From NCBI GenBank assembly GCA_039683575.1, contig JBDKRC010000149.1, positions 1 to 61,319 on the forward strand: a DNA stretch of 61,319 bases, read 5' to 3'. This document shows positions 45,705 to 55,864 of this stretch, one piece after another (positions within the stretch are counted from its first letter, which is position 1; every line of letters begins with the position of its first letter). The notes under the pieces are model-generated. The model did not search any database, was not told the DNA's origin, and worked only from the letters and a program-made list of their open reading frames with translations. Position numbers and translations under genes: made by a program. Source of the DNA: Armatimonadia bacterium (GTDB lineage: Bacteria; Armatimonadota; Zipacnadia; Zipacnadales; UBA11051).

Positions 45705-48700
45705 ATGCGAACCATGGTCCTGCTTGTCGCGCTCCTCAGTGTCCTCACCGCCCACGCCCAACTCGCTAACCCCGGCTTCGAGGAGACGACTACCGCCCCC
45801 CTCCCGCCCGGCTGGATGGCCAAAGGTACCATCCTTCCCGCCTCCTGGACCTACAATAGTCAGCAACTCGGCACCGCGGGCCTCGTCGAGGACCCCCACT
45901 CCGGCAAGTACGCTTTCTCCATAGCACCCGTCAAGCAGGTGGCCCACGTCTTGCAGGCTCAGATTCCTGTAGCCCCCGGCGACCGCTTCGAGTACTCAGG
46001 CTGGGCCAAGAGCGGCCGCGTGTCCCTTACCTTCTACGAGTACGCAGGCAGCAAATGGCTGCGCACCACTCCCGACGTGGCAACCATCAACGCTGACGAG
46101 AAATGGGTTGATGGCGGCGGCTACTACACCGTGACCGATCCCACCGTCACCAGCATCGTCCCCGTCATCTCGGTTGACAACCCCGCCGGAGTGCTCGTGG
46201 ACGACCTGAAGCTGCGCAAGCTCGAAACCCCCGCGCAGGCCGCCGGGCCGGACATCGTGTTGGAGAACCCCACCCTGAAGCTCGTTCTCAACGCCCGCGG
46301 CGAGTGCCTGTCGCTCTTCGACAAGGTCCGCAACGAGGAACGCAACCTCGCCCCCGGCCGGCCCTTCATGAAAGCCGTCAGTGGCAATTGGAGCCTGCCG
46401 GTGAGTGCGCTCACCATGAACAAGGATGCCTTGACCGCCACCTTCGGCGAGAACAAGGCTTCAGCGACCATCCAGGTTCAGGTCCAGCCCCAGTTCATCA
46501 CCTTCATCCTGCGCTCCTGGCAGCCCGAGACCGTCGAAGCCATCACCCTCGCGGACCTCATCGTCACCAAGCAGGACATGGTTGCCGGGCAGATCGGCGC
46601 CACTCATGACGCCAACTCCGCCCTGGGCTTGCAGAGCCTGCACTTTAGCGGCCTGCAACGCGCCACCACCATCGGAGCCGACCGCGTCAACCTGTTCGTC
46701 AACTACAACCGCCTGCTCCGCGACCGCAACGCTCTCTATCCGACGCCCAAGTACCGTGGCGCCACCCTCTTCGCCTGCACGCGTGACCAGTTTGTGCCGA
46801 CCGTTCAGGCTATCGAGACGGCCTATGGCCTGCCCTCACCCAAGCTCGACGGCGTCTGGGGGAAAATGTCGCCTGCCATGCACAAGTCCTACTTCTTCGT
46901 CACCGACCTCACCGAGGCGAATGTTGACGAGGTCATTGCCTATGGCAAGCAGGGCCACTTCTCCTACATCCTGATCGTCGAGCACGCCTGGTCCAAGGCC
47001 GGCGGCGGCACCTTCGAGATCAACCCGACAGGCTTCCCGAACGGTCTCAAGGGCCTGAAGGCCACCATCGGCAAGATGCAGAAGGCCGGCTTCAAGGTCG
47101 GGCTGCATCTGCTCACCGCCGGCATGAATCCCCATGATGCCCTCGTCACCCCCGTGCCCGACAAGGGCATCTACAGCGACACCCAGATGCCACTCGCGGC
47201 TGACGTGGATGAAAAGGCGACTTTCATCCCCACCGCTGCCCCGCCGAAGGCTTTCCCCGCCGAGGAGGTCCTGTACTATGGCCACGGCACGACGCTCTGG
47301 ATCGGCGACGAGATCATCCGCTATGGCAAGCTCAAGCTCGACCCGCCGTATGGCTTCGAGAACTGCATGCGCGGGGTGTGGGGCACCAAACCTGCCGCCC
47401 ACAAGGCTGCTGACCCCGTCAAGCACCTGTACATGGCCTACGGCCTCGTACTCATCGATGCCGACTCGGACCTGATCGAGCGCATCTCCCAGCGCATCGC
47501 CGACGTCATGAACTACTGCAACTGCGATGGGATCTACTTCGATGGCTCCGAGCTTCTGCAGGGCGATCATAGCTACTACAACGCGCGCCTGCACATGGCC
47601 TACCTCGACAAGATCAAGAAGAAGGACCTCATCGTCCAGGGCTCCAGCTACTCCCCCTATAGCTGGCACGCCATCTCTCGCACCGCCTCCGCGGACGGCT
47701 TCCGCAAGATCAAGCTCTACCTCGACAAGCGTTCGCCAAGCTTCCCGTGGTACTTCAGCAACCTCATGCCCCTCGACATCGGCTGGTACGGGATCAACCC
47801 CAACATCCGCCCCGATGACATCGAGTACGTCTGCTCCCGCGCCGTCGGCTTCGATAGCTCTGTCTCAATCGAGACCAGTACCAGTTCCCTCCGCACCGTT
47901 CCGCAGGCGAGTGAGATGATCGACATCGTCGGTCGTTGGGAAGCCTTGCGGCTCTCAGGCCGAGTGCCTGCCGACCTCAAGGAGCAGATGCGCACTCCGG
48001 GCAAGGAGTTCCGCCTGATGCAGGTCAAGGGCCAGGACGTACTGGTCCCCGTGCAGTACTCGCCCTGGGCCATGAACCCGCCGCTGGACGCCCCGGAGCA
48101 GACCGAGAAGGATGAGACCGACGCGCTGCGCCCCTGGGATGACATTACGAGCGAACTGACCATCAAGAACGACCGCGGCACCCCGGCGCAGGTCGAACTG
48201 CATCTCGAATGTGGCGAGGGGATGCGACCCGGCCCGGATTACGCTGCAGGCCTTCCCCTCGAACTCTTCGAAAGTGCGCCAGCAGGCGACGCCAAGCCCC
48301 TGGACACCAACCAGTACGACCCCGCCACCCACGGCAGCCGCGCCACCAGCCAGGGCGTAACCCAGGAACTCACGCTCGTCACCGACGACGTCAAGGAAGG
48401 CAAGACCGCCCTCCGCTTTAGTGCCACCTCCACGCTCTCCGAGAAGGCCGGATGGGCCACCTTCGGCAAGGCCTTCCCCACTCCCCTCGATCTGAGCAAC
48501 TACGGCGTGATTGCGCTCTGGGTCAAGGGTGATGGCAAGGGTGAGGCGCTCAAGGTGCAGCTATGGGACACGGCGGGCAACCCGCAGGACCAGTACATCC
48601 CCATCAACTTCAGGGGCTGGCGGTTCATTGAGTTGCCCCGGCCCACGGGCCTGGCGATAGACCACAGCAAGATCAACCGCCTGAACTTCTACTACAACGG

Positions 48701-49034
48701 CATGCCGGGCAATACCACCAGTGTCACGATCCTCGACGGCGTCAAAGTCCTGCCGAAGGGCACCATCATGCAGCGCCCAACCCTGGTGGTGAACGGCAAG
48801 GCCCTCACCTTCCCCGTCACCATGGCCATCGGCGACCGGATCGTCTACCGCGGGGCCAACGACTGCTGGCAGTACCTGCGCGGCACCCAGGAGAAGCGCA
48901 AAGTCACGCCGGAGGGCAATGCAGGCCCTCTGACGGGCGACCTGACCCTGTCAGCCCAGGAAGCTTCGCATCAACTCCGCTACCGAGCCGCTCTCCTCTG
49001 GCCAAGCCTGGGAACCGTGCTTCCGAAGAAGTAG
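45705..49034 (+). CDS. Large secreted glycoside-hydrolase-like protein (CBM-like + TIM-barrel + CBM-like)
   Basis: Signal peptide, LANPGFE, FPNGLKGLK...GFKVGLH, DGIYFDG and LWVKGDG motifs. Confidence 0.75.
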   Translation: MRTMVLLVALLSVLTAHAQLANPGFEETTTAPLPPGWMAKGTILPASWTYNSQQLGTAGLVEDPHSGKYAFSIAPVKQVAHVLQAQIPVAPGDRFEYSGWAKSGRVSLTFYEYAGSKWLRTTPDVATINADEKWVDGGGYYTVTDPTVTSIVPVISVDNPAGVLVDDLKLRKLETPAQAAGPDIVLENPTLKLVLNARGECLSLFDKVRNEERNLAPGRPFMKAVSGNWSLPVSALTMNKDALTATFGENKASATIQVQVQPQFITFILRSWQPETVEAITLADLIVTKQDMVAGQIGATHDANSALGLQSLHFSGLQRATTIGADRVNLFVNYNRLLRDRNALYPTPKYRGATLFACTRDQFVPTVQAIETAYGLPSPKLDGVWGKMSPAMHKSYFFVTDLTEANVDEVIAYGKQGHFSYILIVEHAWSKAGGGTFEINPTGFPNGLKGLKATIGKMQKAGFKVGLHLLTAGMNPHDALVTPVPDKGIYSDTQMPLAADVDEKATFIPTAAPPKAFPAEEVLYYGHGTTLWIGDEIIRYGKLKLDPPYGFENCMRGVWGTKPAAHKAADPVKHLYMAYGLVLIDADSDLIERISQRIADVMNYCNCDGIYFDGSELLQGDHSYYNARLHMAYLDKIKKKDLIVQGSSYSPYSWHAISRTASADGFRKIKLYLDKRSPSFPWYFSNLMPLDIGWYGINPNIRPDDIEYVCSRAVGFDSSVSIETSTSSLRTVPQASEMIDIVGRWEALRLSGRVPADLKEQMRTPGKEFRLMQVKGQDVLVPVQYSPWAMNPPLDAPEQTEKDETDALRPWDDITSELTIKNDRGTPAQVELHLECGEGMRPGPDYAAGLPLELFESAPAGDAKPLDTNQYDPATHGSRATSQGVTQELTLVTDDVKEGKTALRFSATSTLSEKAGWATFGKAFPTPLDLSNYGVIALWVKGDGKGEALKVQLWDTAGNPQDQYIPINFRGWRFIELPRPTGLAIDHSKINRLNFYYNGMPGNTTSVTILDGVKVLPKGTIMQRPTLVVNGKALTFPVTMAIGDRIVYRGANDCWQYLRGTQEKRKVTPEGNAGPLTGDLTLSAQEASHQLRYRAALLWPSLGTVLPKK

Positions 49035-49056
49035 AATGGCGTTGTTGAGTAGCCAC

Positions 49057-49088
49057 AGGGGCCCGCGGAACGAGTTCCGCGGGCCCCT
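49057..49088 (+). terminator. Intrinsic terminator-like hairpin
   Basis: AGGGGCCCGCGGAAC/GTTCCGCGGGCCCCT followed by TCGTCTCTTT. Confidence 0.7.
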
Positions 49089-49156
49089 TCGTCTCTTTGC
49101 CGTGGAGCAGGCAGGATTCCGGAATGCTCTTCCCGAATCTACCACCGGGTGCAAGT

Positions 49157-50584
49157 ATGCGAGCTTCTCGACTGATTACCTTGTTGGTCCTATGCTGCTG
49201 GGCCGGCGCGGCCTCTGCGCTGCCTCTTGGCGCGCTTTGGCCCTGGGAAGCCGCAACGCACGCCACGGGCTGGCGCTTTCGGCAGGACTTCATCTCCTGG
49301 CCGGGCGACTACTGGCGCGGGCCAAGTGCTCCCCCTACCATCGGCGATCCCAACGACCACACCACCTGGGGTACCCTCCGCCTCGGGGGCAAGTTCGACC
49401 CGCCTCCGCCCGTTGTGGCCGATGCCCACGAGGTCATCGCCCCGCTGTTCGAGGGCATACCTATCATCAACGGCGCCATCGGCTATGACGAATGGAGCGG
49501 CGCGGCGCAGATTGTGCAGCGTCAGGGCGAGGGCGAGGAACTCGTGCTGCTGGCAGAACACACCGACTACGCCCTTTATGTCGCCGTAGCTCTTCCCTCC
49601 CTGCGGACCTTGCGGCAGGGACAGGCGGCGGAGCTATACCTCGACCTGGAGCCCGATAGGGCCGGCGCACTCAACCCGCAACAACTGAAACTGCGCGCCA
49701 TCGCCAACCGCTCCGGCAACGCCACGCTCGAAGCATACAGCGGCGGAGACGGCCGCTGGAGCCGCGAGCCCGTGAAGCAACTGAAGGCTCTCACCGCGGA
49801 GTCCAGCCAGTGGCGCGCGCAGGTAGCCACTGCCGGAGACGGCGCCTGGCAATATGTCGTGGCTGAGTTCGCGATCCCCTACCGCGATCTCTTCGGCGCG
49901 AACTGTCCACCCGAGAAGCTCGGCATCATGGCACGGATGCAGTCCGAGGCCGGGGGCAAGCGGGTCGTAACCGCCATAGGCCCCAGGCGGGAGGCCGTCT
50001 ACTGGCCCGATAGCCGTAACGAGTACGATGCCGCCACCGACGCGCCGCTCTCAATCAGGCCAGATTCCTGGGGCGCCCTCATCCTCTCCGCCACCGACCC
50101 CCGCTACGGCCTGCCAATCCCCTGCGCGAAACAGAAAGTGAAAGTTGACGGGCAGCTTGGCGTCAAAGAGTGGAAGGACGCCAGCCGCGCCGAGTATGTC
50201 TTCCCCGGCGACCAGTGGCGGGTCATGCTGACGCAGCAGGACGACAGCCATGTGTACTTCGCGGTGCGCATGCGCGCTGCGCGAGGCTCTCGCCTCAACG
50301 AAACCTGCGGTCTGTATCTCGACCCGTGTGGTGACGGCGGCTTGCGTCCGCGTAGTGATGATGTAATGTATCGCCTGCCGCTGGGGGTGGCGACGGCTGT
50401 CGAGGCTTTGAGTTACCAGGATTCAAAATGGCGGCCTGTTTCCTGTGTCGAACTGCAGGGCGCGTCATATCCGCTCAATGCGTACGAAAGCTGTTACGAG
50501 TTTGCGGTGCCCCGTGCCGTGATGAAGGGGCCCCAGCCCCCGAATCTGGCAGTGGAGGTCTCTTACGAACTGGAGCCACACTAA
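49157..50584 (+). CDS. Secreted protein with two DOMON/CBM9-like domains
   Basis: Signal peptide and duplicated I.G.I...EW..A / ELYLD / EFAIP motifs. Confidence 0.7.
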   Translation: MRASRLITLLVLCCWAGAASALPLGALWPWEAATHATGWRFRQDFISWPGDYWRGPSAPPTIGDPNDHTTWGTLRLGGKFDPPPPVVADAHEVIAPLFEGIPIINGAIGYDEWSGAAQIVQRQGEGEELVLLAEHTDYALYVAVALPSLRTLRQGQAAELYLDLEPDRAGALNPQQLKLRAIANRSGNATLEAYSGGDGRWSREPVKQLKALTAESSQWRAQVATAGDGAWQYVVAEFAIPYRDLFGANCPPEKLGIMARMQSEAGGKRVVTAIGPRREAVYWPDSRNEYDAATDAPLSIRPDSWGALILSATDPRYGLPIPCAKQKVKVDGQLGVKEWKDASRAEYVFPGDQWRVMLTQQDDSHVYFAVRMRAARGSRLNETCGLYLDPCGDGGLRPRSDDVMYRLPLGVATAVEALSYQDSKWRPVSCVELQGASYPLNAYESCYEFAVPRAVMKGPQPPNLAVEVSYELEPH

Positions 50585-50651
50585 CGGGGTTGGTCACGGG
50601 GGCGAGGGTGGACGATGGCGGCATGGACGCCATCTGATACCACTTCTGGTC

Positions 50652-52466
50652 TTGCTGTGCACCGGGGTCTCGGCCCATGTCGGGACGGAGTTTGAGGAGG
50701 CGCTGGGCAAGCTCGCAATGCGGGAAATGGTCTCGCGCAACGGGCTGGTCGAAACGCCGCTTCTGCAAGCCTGGGTGCAGCGTATTGGGGGAACGGTAGC
50801 CGCGCAGTCCAGCCGCAGCCACCTGCGCTACCGCTTTTTCATCCTTGATTCGAGTGAAAGCAACGCTTTCTCACTGCCTGGGGGCTACATCGTTGTCACA
50901 ATGGGCCTGCTTACCCAGGCCAGTTCCGACGAGGAACTCGCAGGGGTAATCGGCCACGAAGTGGCCCACTCGGACGATCACGACTTCCTGCGCCTGCTCC
51001 GACAGCAAGCGATCCACCTGGGCCTGCAAAGCCTCCTGCGGCGCGAGGTCAACGACGAGTGGGTCATGGGAGCCCAGTTCCTTCAGATACTGGACACGCT
51101 CCGCGCCTCCCGGCGCCACGAGATGCAGGCCGACATCGTCGGGGTGAAGCTTGCCTTCGCCGCCCGCTACGACCCTCAGGGGCACGTAGACTTCCTGCGC
51201 ACCGTGCAGCAGAAGCAGTCTGGAGCCGACAAGCTCTTCGCAACGCACCCACCAGGCGAGCAACGGGTGGCAACATCCTCGCGGACGATCTCAGAACTTG
51301 AGGTCGCCGACTACCCCGGCATGGTGGCGCTCGCAGACAGCCTGCGCCAGCGATGGCACTGGGCACGCGCGGCCGAGCAGTACGCGCAAACGGCGCGGCT
51401 ACATCAGCAGCAAGCGGAGCCCCTCCTCCGCCTGGGACAGCTTGAGGAGGAACGAGGGCGGACGGCGCAGGCGGCCAAAGCCTACGAGGGCGCACTGGCC
51501 CGGTCACCTGACCTGCAAGCCGCACAGGCCGGTCTGACACGAACGCAAGCGCGTGTCGAACCTCCACTGCAGACCGTCGCGCTGCCGCAGCCGCTGCGGG
51601 AGCAGGTAGGTGCCGCGGCAGAAGCTGTGCGCGCAGAGGCGAAGCATTCGTACGAGGCCGAGAAGCGGCTCCACGCCGCTCTCAAGGCTTTCGACCGCGA
51701 CTATGAGATCGCCGCAGCAATGCAAACGGCTCAGGTGATCGCCCCGGAGACCAATGACGCGGCCTACCTGGCCACCGTGGCGCGGGCCTACTATGCCCTC
51801 GCGCGCGCCCAGAAAGAGGCACGGCGACAGGGCGAAGTAATGGCGCGGGCCGCCTCGGTTCGCCAGGGCTGGGAGCGAGTTGCTGGCGCGCTGCAGACGG
51901 AGCACAAGGTAAAAGGGGCAACGGCGACGAATGAGGAGGAACTGACGCAGGTTGCCGAAGCCTTTGTCCCGGCCTCGGAACCAGCGGTGCGAGCCGTCAC
52001 GGCGGCTCTGGAGGCCGATCAGGGGGCCGCGGCGGAACTGAAATCGGCCACACAATTACTTGCTGCGGCCTTCCTTGCCCTTGTGGCTTCAGGACCGGAT
52101 CAGCCACTCGGCCGCCTCAACTTCACGCGCTTTCTGCTCCTGCAGGGCGAGATCACCACTGCGGACGCCAAGATCCGAAAGATCGGGCAGGCAGGGGACA
52201 AGATGATGCGAGAGGTTATTGGGCGGCATGTCGAGGTAACGGGCCTCGCTCTCTCAGCGGCGCATGCCACGGCCGGTCCGGAACTGGCCGCACTCGACCG
52301 GCATCTGGCCGAGCAGCGTGTCGGCGAGCCGGTTTCCGACGGTCTGCTTGGAACGTCAACGCTCGACGCCTTCGACAGAAGCATCACAGATGGTGGACTG
52401 AAATCGTTGCAGGCAAAAGACGCACTACTGCGGATGCTGTATCTCGATTTGCGCAGGGAGCGGTAG
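50652..52466 (+). CDS. M48 family zinc metallopeptidase with TPR (start uncertain)
   Basis: NAFSLPGG, ELAGVIGHEVAH, E.QAD and FATHP motifs. Confidence 0.9.
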   Translation: MLCTGVSAHVGTEFEEALGKLAMREMVSRNGLVETPLLQAWVQRIGGTVAAQSSRSHLRYRFFILDSSESNAFSLPGGYIVVTMGLLTQASSDEELAGVIGHEVAHSDDHDFLRLLRQQAIHLGLQSLLRREVNDEWVMGAQFLQILDTLRASRRHEMQADIVGVKLAFAARYDPQGHVDFLRTVQQKQSGADKLFATHPPGEQRVATSSRTISELEVADYPGMVALADSLRQRWHWARAAEQYAQTARLHQQQAEPLLRLGQLEEERGRTAQAAKAYEGALARSPDLQAAQAGLTRTQARVEPPLQTVALPQPLREQVGAAAEAVRAEAKHSYEAEKRLHAALKAFDRDYEIAAAMQTAQVIAPETNDAAYLATVARAYYALARAQKEARRQGEVMARAASVRQGWERVAGALQTEHKVKGATATNEEELTQVAEAFVPASEPAVRAVTAALEADQGAAAELKSATQLLAAAFLALVASGPDQPLGRLNFTRFLLLQGEITTADAKIRKIGQAGDKMMREVIGRHVEVTGLALSAAHATAGPELAALDRHLAEQRVGEPVSDGLLGTSTLDAFDRSITDGGLKSLQAKDALLRMLYLDLRRER

Positions 52467-52494
52467 GCGTCATCGGTAGCACCCACCGAACCAC

Positions 52495-53229
52495 ATGAGA
52501 TACGCGGTTCTATCGGACATTCACTCGAACCTGCCGGCGCTGGAGCGCGTGCTGGCCGAGTGTGCGCGCCTCGAGGCCGAGCAGTACCTGATCTGCGGCG
52601 ATATCGTCGGCTATGGCGCGCAGCCCAATGAATGCTGCGACCTGATCCGGGAGCTACCGGCCTCGATCGTGCGCGGAAACCATGATGACGTCGCAGTGCA
52701 TCCTGGTGGCGAGGAGTGGTTCACCGCGGCCGCTCGCGCTTGCATCCTGTGGACCCGTGAAGTGCTGGGCGACGAGAACCGCGAGTTTCTCGAGGGTCTG
52801 AGGCCCTCTCTGCAGCTTGAGGGAGCCCACCTCTGCCATGGCACTTTGCCCGACCCGGACATGTACACCACAAGCGCCACAGAGGCACTGTATTCGTTCC
52901 ACGTCATGGAAGAGCAGTGTTGCTTCCTCGGCCACACGCACTATGCCGAGTGGTACACCTATCACGGCGACAACCGCTCGCCCAGCCACCATCCCCGTCC
53001 CGAGGGCGGTGAGTGCCGGCTGGCCGACGACCGCCTGTACATTATCAACCCCGGAGCGGTAGGCCAGCCCCGCGACGGCAATAGCCAGGCCAGCTTTGCG
53101 GTCTGGGACACCGAGGCGAAGCTCGCGACGATCATCCGCGTGAGCTATGACATCGAAGCAGCACAGCAGCGCATATTGGAAGCGGGCCTGCCGCCGAACA
53201 TGGCGGAGCGGCTGAGGTATGGGATCTAG
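52495..53229 (+). CDS. Calcineurin-like metallophosphoesterase
   Basis: SDIHSN, GDIVGYG, RGNHD, GHTH and NPGAVGQPRDG motifs. Confidence 0.95.
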   Translation: MRYAVLSDIHSNLPALERVLAECARLEAEQYLICGDIVGYGAQPNECCDLIRELPASIVRGNHDDVAVHPGGEEWFTAAARACILWTREVLGDENREFLEGLRPSLQLEGAHLCHGTLPDPDMYTTSATEALYSFHVMEEQCCFLGHTHYAEWYTYHGDNRSPSHHPRPEGGECRLADDRLYIINPGAVGQPRDGNSQASFAVWDTEAKLATIIRVSYDIEAAQQRILEAGLPPNMAERLRYGI

Positions 53230-53271
53230 CGCGTTGGACGCGTAGGCGAACAATCTTTGGAGGTGAGCCTG

Positions 53272-53529
53272 ATGCCGCTTGAGGATAAAGCCTTGCGTCA
53301 CACGGTTGAGCGGGAAGTCACGAAACTGACCCAGACCATAGATGTGAGCCTCATGACCACTGCGGTGATCAATGGGGTCGTCTATCTGGGCGGACGCATC
53401 AAACCCTTGCGCGGCACTGCCGGCCGTGGCGTTGACCTCAAGCGCCAGGTAGCCATCCTGCAGGACGCCCTCTCACAGATTCGCGGCGTGTCGCAGGTCG
53501 TTGTTGATGCCGTGCTTGAGAATGCCTAG
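53272..53529 (+). CDS. Small BON-domain-like protein
   Basis: V.NGVVYLGG...IRGVSQVV pattern; GGAGGTG RBS. Confidence 0.65.
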   Translation: MPLEDKALRHTVEREVTKLTQTIDVSLMTTAVINGVVYLGGRIKPLRGTAGRGVDLKRQVAILQDALSQIRGVSQVVVDAVLENA

Positions 53530-53556
53530 ACCAAAGGCAGCCGAGCCCGTTGCGTC

Positions 53557-55284
53557 CTAACCCGTCTCGCTGGGACGCACAATCAGCGTGCGGAACTGCC
53601 GGTAGACCACAAACCCCGGCGGCGCGCCCTTGCTGCGCTGCAGGTGCTTGATTAGCGTATAGTCTACCTCGACAGTGGCATCGCGACGACGCCGGCTTTG
53701 TTTGGCTGCCAACTTCGCCGCCTGGATCAGTGTGCTTTGGGGCACTGAGTCCGGGCGGTTGTCGGTTCTGATCACCACATGTCCGCCGGGGGCACTCTGC
53801 ACGTGGAACCACAGGTCGTCCGGCCGTGCGGCCTTGAGCACCGCGGCGTTCTCAAGCCCGCTGCGTCCGTAGAGCACGCTGTACCCCTCTATCTCCGTCC
53901 GCCGGTAGTCAACCTTCACTTCGCGCCGTTTGCGAGGCGCCTTCAATAGCTCCCGCCCCACCATCTCCGCCTCGATCAGCCGCAATTCCTCCAACCCCGC
54001 GCCTTCCACCTGATCCAGCAGGTCCTCAAGGTACTCCCGCTCCTGCCGCGCCTCGGCCAGCAGTGCCGGCACCCGCTCAATGACCCGCTGCAGCTTCTTG
54101 TAGCGATCGAACAAAGCCTGTGCGTTCTGCTGCGGGCTCAGGCCAGGATCGAGCGGGATGGTGATCTTTTCGCCGCTATCCCAGTCGTCAACGGTCACCT
54201 CGGGCTGCTGCGGCCCGATCTCGTGCAGGTACGCCAGCACCAGATCCCCCCGATGGCGAACCTCATCCGCGTGCGCTGCCTTGTCCAGCGACAACTGCCG
54301 CTCATCCTCCCGCCGTCGCGCCTTCTCCAGCGCCGCATTGAGCGCACCACGCAGCCGTTGGCGAACCTGGGTCGCCTCCCCGGCTTCCGCTAACTGGCGA
54401 TGGAGCATCTGGCAAGCCGCACTCAGCGTCCCATACTCCCCCAGCTTCTCCCACTCCGGCGGCAGCGGCAACGGGTAGACGAGTGGCGCCTTCCCCGGAG
54501 GCAGGGCCACGTAGGCCCCCTCCACCTCTTCGGCCTCCGCCAGCATCCCCCGCAGCGCCTCGATCAGCCGTGGCATGGTCTCCGCGACCTCTGCAGTGCT
54601 GCCCTCGCCACCGACGCCGAGCCGCTGCAGCAACACCGCCAAAAACACGTCGCTGCCGCCCTGGAGGTTGCTGCGAAGCCACTGAGCCAGAGGCTCGGGC
54701 TCACCCGGCAACGCCGCCGTGAGCTGTTCGGTCGTCACCTCAACCGGGTTGAGCTTCCCGAACGTCGGCGGCGGCACATACGGTTCGCCCGGCAACGACT
54801 GCCGCACCCGGTTCACCCGGGCAGTGACATGCCGCGCGCACTCCAGGATCTCAAGCTCATCGGCCGAAGCGTGCGTCTCAGACACTCCGTCGAGCAGCAG
54901 CAGGTTCGAGTGCCGCCCCATGATCTCGGCCACGAGCGACCGGCGCGACTGCGGCCCCAGGCCTTCGGCATTGCTGAATTCAAGCCACAGTACGCGGTCA
55001 AACTGCCACTGCCACGCCCCCGTGAAGGTCGCCCCGCGCAGGTGCCGCCGCAGCACATCCGACAGCGGCGTATCGGCGCCGACGGTCGGTTCGCAATCAT
55101 CTGCCCGGTGGACCCGCCCGAGGTCGGCGCCGCAGTTCAGTACCACCTGTGGCAGCGCCCGTCTGCTCCCAAACTCGATCACGACCTCAAGCCGCGACGT
55201 CGGGAACACCCGCGCCACCTTTGCGCCTGCCAACTCACTTAGCTCCGCCACAATCCGGCGGAACATCAGACTGTCACAGGTCAT
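53557..55284 (-). CDS. rqcH: NFACT-family ribosome quality control factor (RqcH/FbpA-like)
   Basis: FDRV, EIMGRHSN, ARVNRVR..LPG..Y.PP, QQNAQ..F..YKK, DLWFH...PGGHVVI and VDYT motifs. Confidence 0.9.
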   Translation of the reverse strand: MTCDSLMFRRIVAELSELAGAKVARVFPTSRLEVVIEFGSRRALPQVVLNCGADLGRVHRADDCEPTVGADTPLSDVLRRHLRGATFTGAWQWQFDRVLWLEFSNAEGLGPQSRRSLVAEIMGRHSNLLLLDGVSETHASADELEILECARHVTARVNRVRQSLPGEPYVPPPTFGKLNPVEVTTEQLTAALPGEPEPLAQWLRSNLQGGSDVFLAVLLQRLGVGGEGSTAEVAETMPRLIEALRGMLAEAEEVEGAYVALPPGKAPLVYPLPLPPEWEKLGEYGTLSAACQMLHRQLAEAGEATQVRQRLRGALNAALEKARRREDERQLSLDKAAHADEVRHRGDLVLAYLHEIGPQQPEVTVDDWDSGEKITIPLDPGLSPQQNAQALFDRYKKLQRVIERVPALLAEARQEREYLEDLLDQVEGAGLEELRLIEAEMVGRELLKAPRKRREVKVDYRRTEIEGYSVLYGRSGLENAAVLKAARPDDLWFHVQSAPGGHVVIRTDNRPDSVPQSTLIQAAKLAAKQSRRRRDATVEVDYTLIKHLQRSKGAPPGFVVYRQFRTLIVRPSETG

Positions 55285-55682
55285 TGGACTTCCATGAATT
55301 TCGCGTTCGCGGTAGCGGTGACCGTGCCATCAGGCAGCACGATCTCGCCCTCGACCTCAAACAGCCGCCGGCGTTGGGCGACGACACGGCCCCGGATGGT
55401 CAGTTCCTGATCCAGCGGCGTCGGCTGCTTGAGCCGCACTGTCATCTCGGCAGTTACGACATTGTGCCCCCGCGACACCAGCCGCCAGGTCATCACCTCA
55501 TCCAGCAGCGTACTCACCAGCCCGCCGTGCAGGATCTTGACCCAGCCCTGGTGGTGAGGCTGGGGGTGCCAGCGACAGACGTAGTCATCCCCTTCATCCA
55601 CAAACTCCATGTGCAGCCCATAGGGATTGTCCTTGCCACAGGCAAAGCAATAGGCGTCCGCTTGTAGTTCGGGTTTGCTCAC
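55281..55682 (-). CDS. PaaI/hotdog-fold thioesterase
   Basis: CFACG..NP.GL and HGG....LLDE motifs. Confidence 0.92.
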   Translation of the reverse strand: MSKPELQADAYCFACGKDNPYGLHMEFVDEGDDYVCRWHPQPHHQGWVKILHGGLVSTLLDEVMTWRLVSRGHNVVTAEMTVRLKQPTPLDQELTIRGRVVAQRRRLFEVEGEIVLPDGTVTATANAKFMEVQ

Positions 55683-55864
55683 AGATGACCATCTCCCTCA
55701 TTCTCGCCACAGGATACCAGTTGCCGCGTCGCAGGTCAAAATCCCGGTCTCAATGAAGGGCCCCCGAGCAGGGCATTGCGAGTTGAAGGCGGAAGTACAG
55801 GTGCTGACGCCTCGTCTGTGAGCCGTCACCTCGCATGCTCGTAGCTCAGAAACAGGATAGCGCC

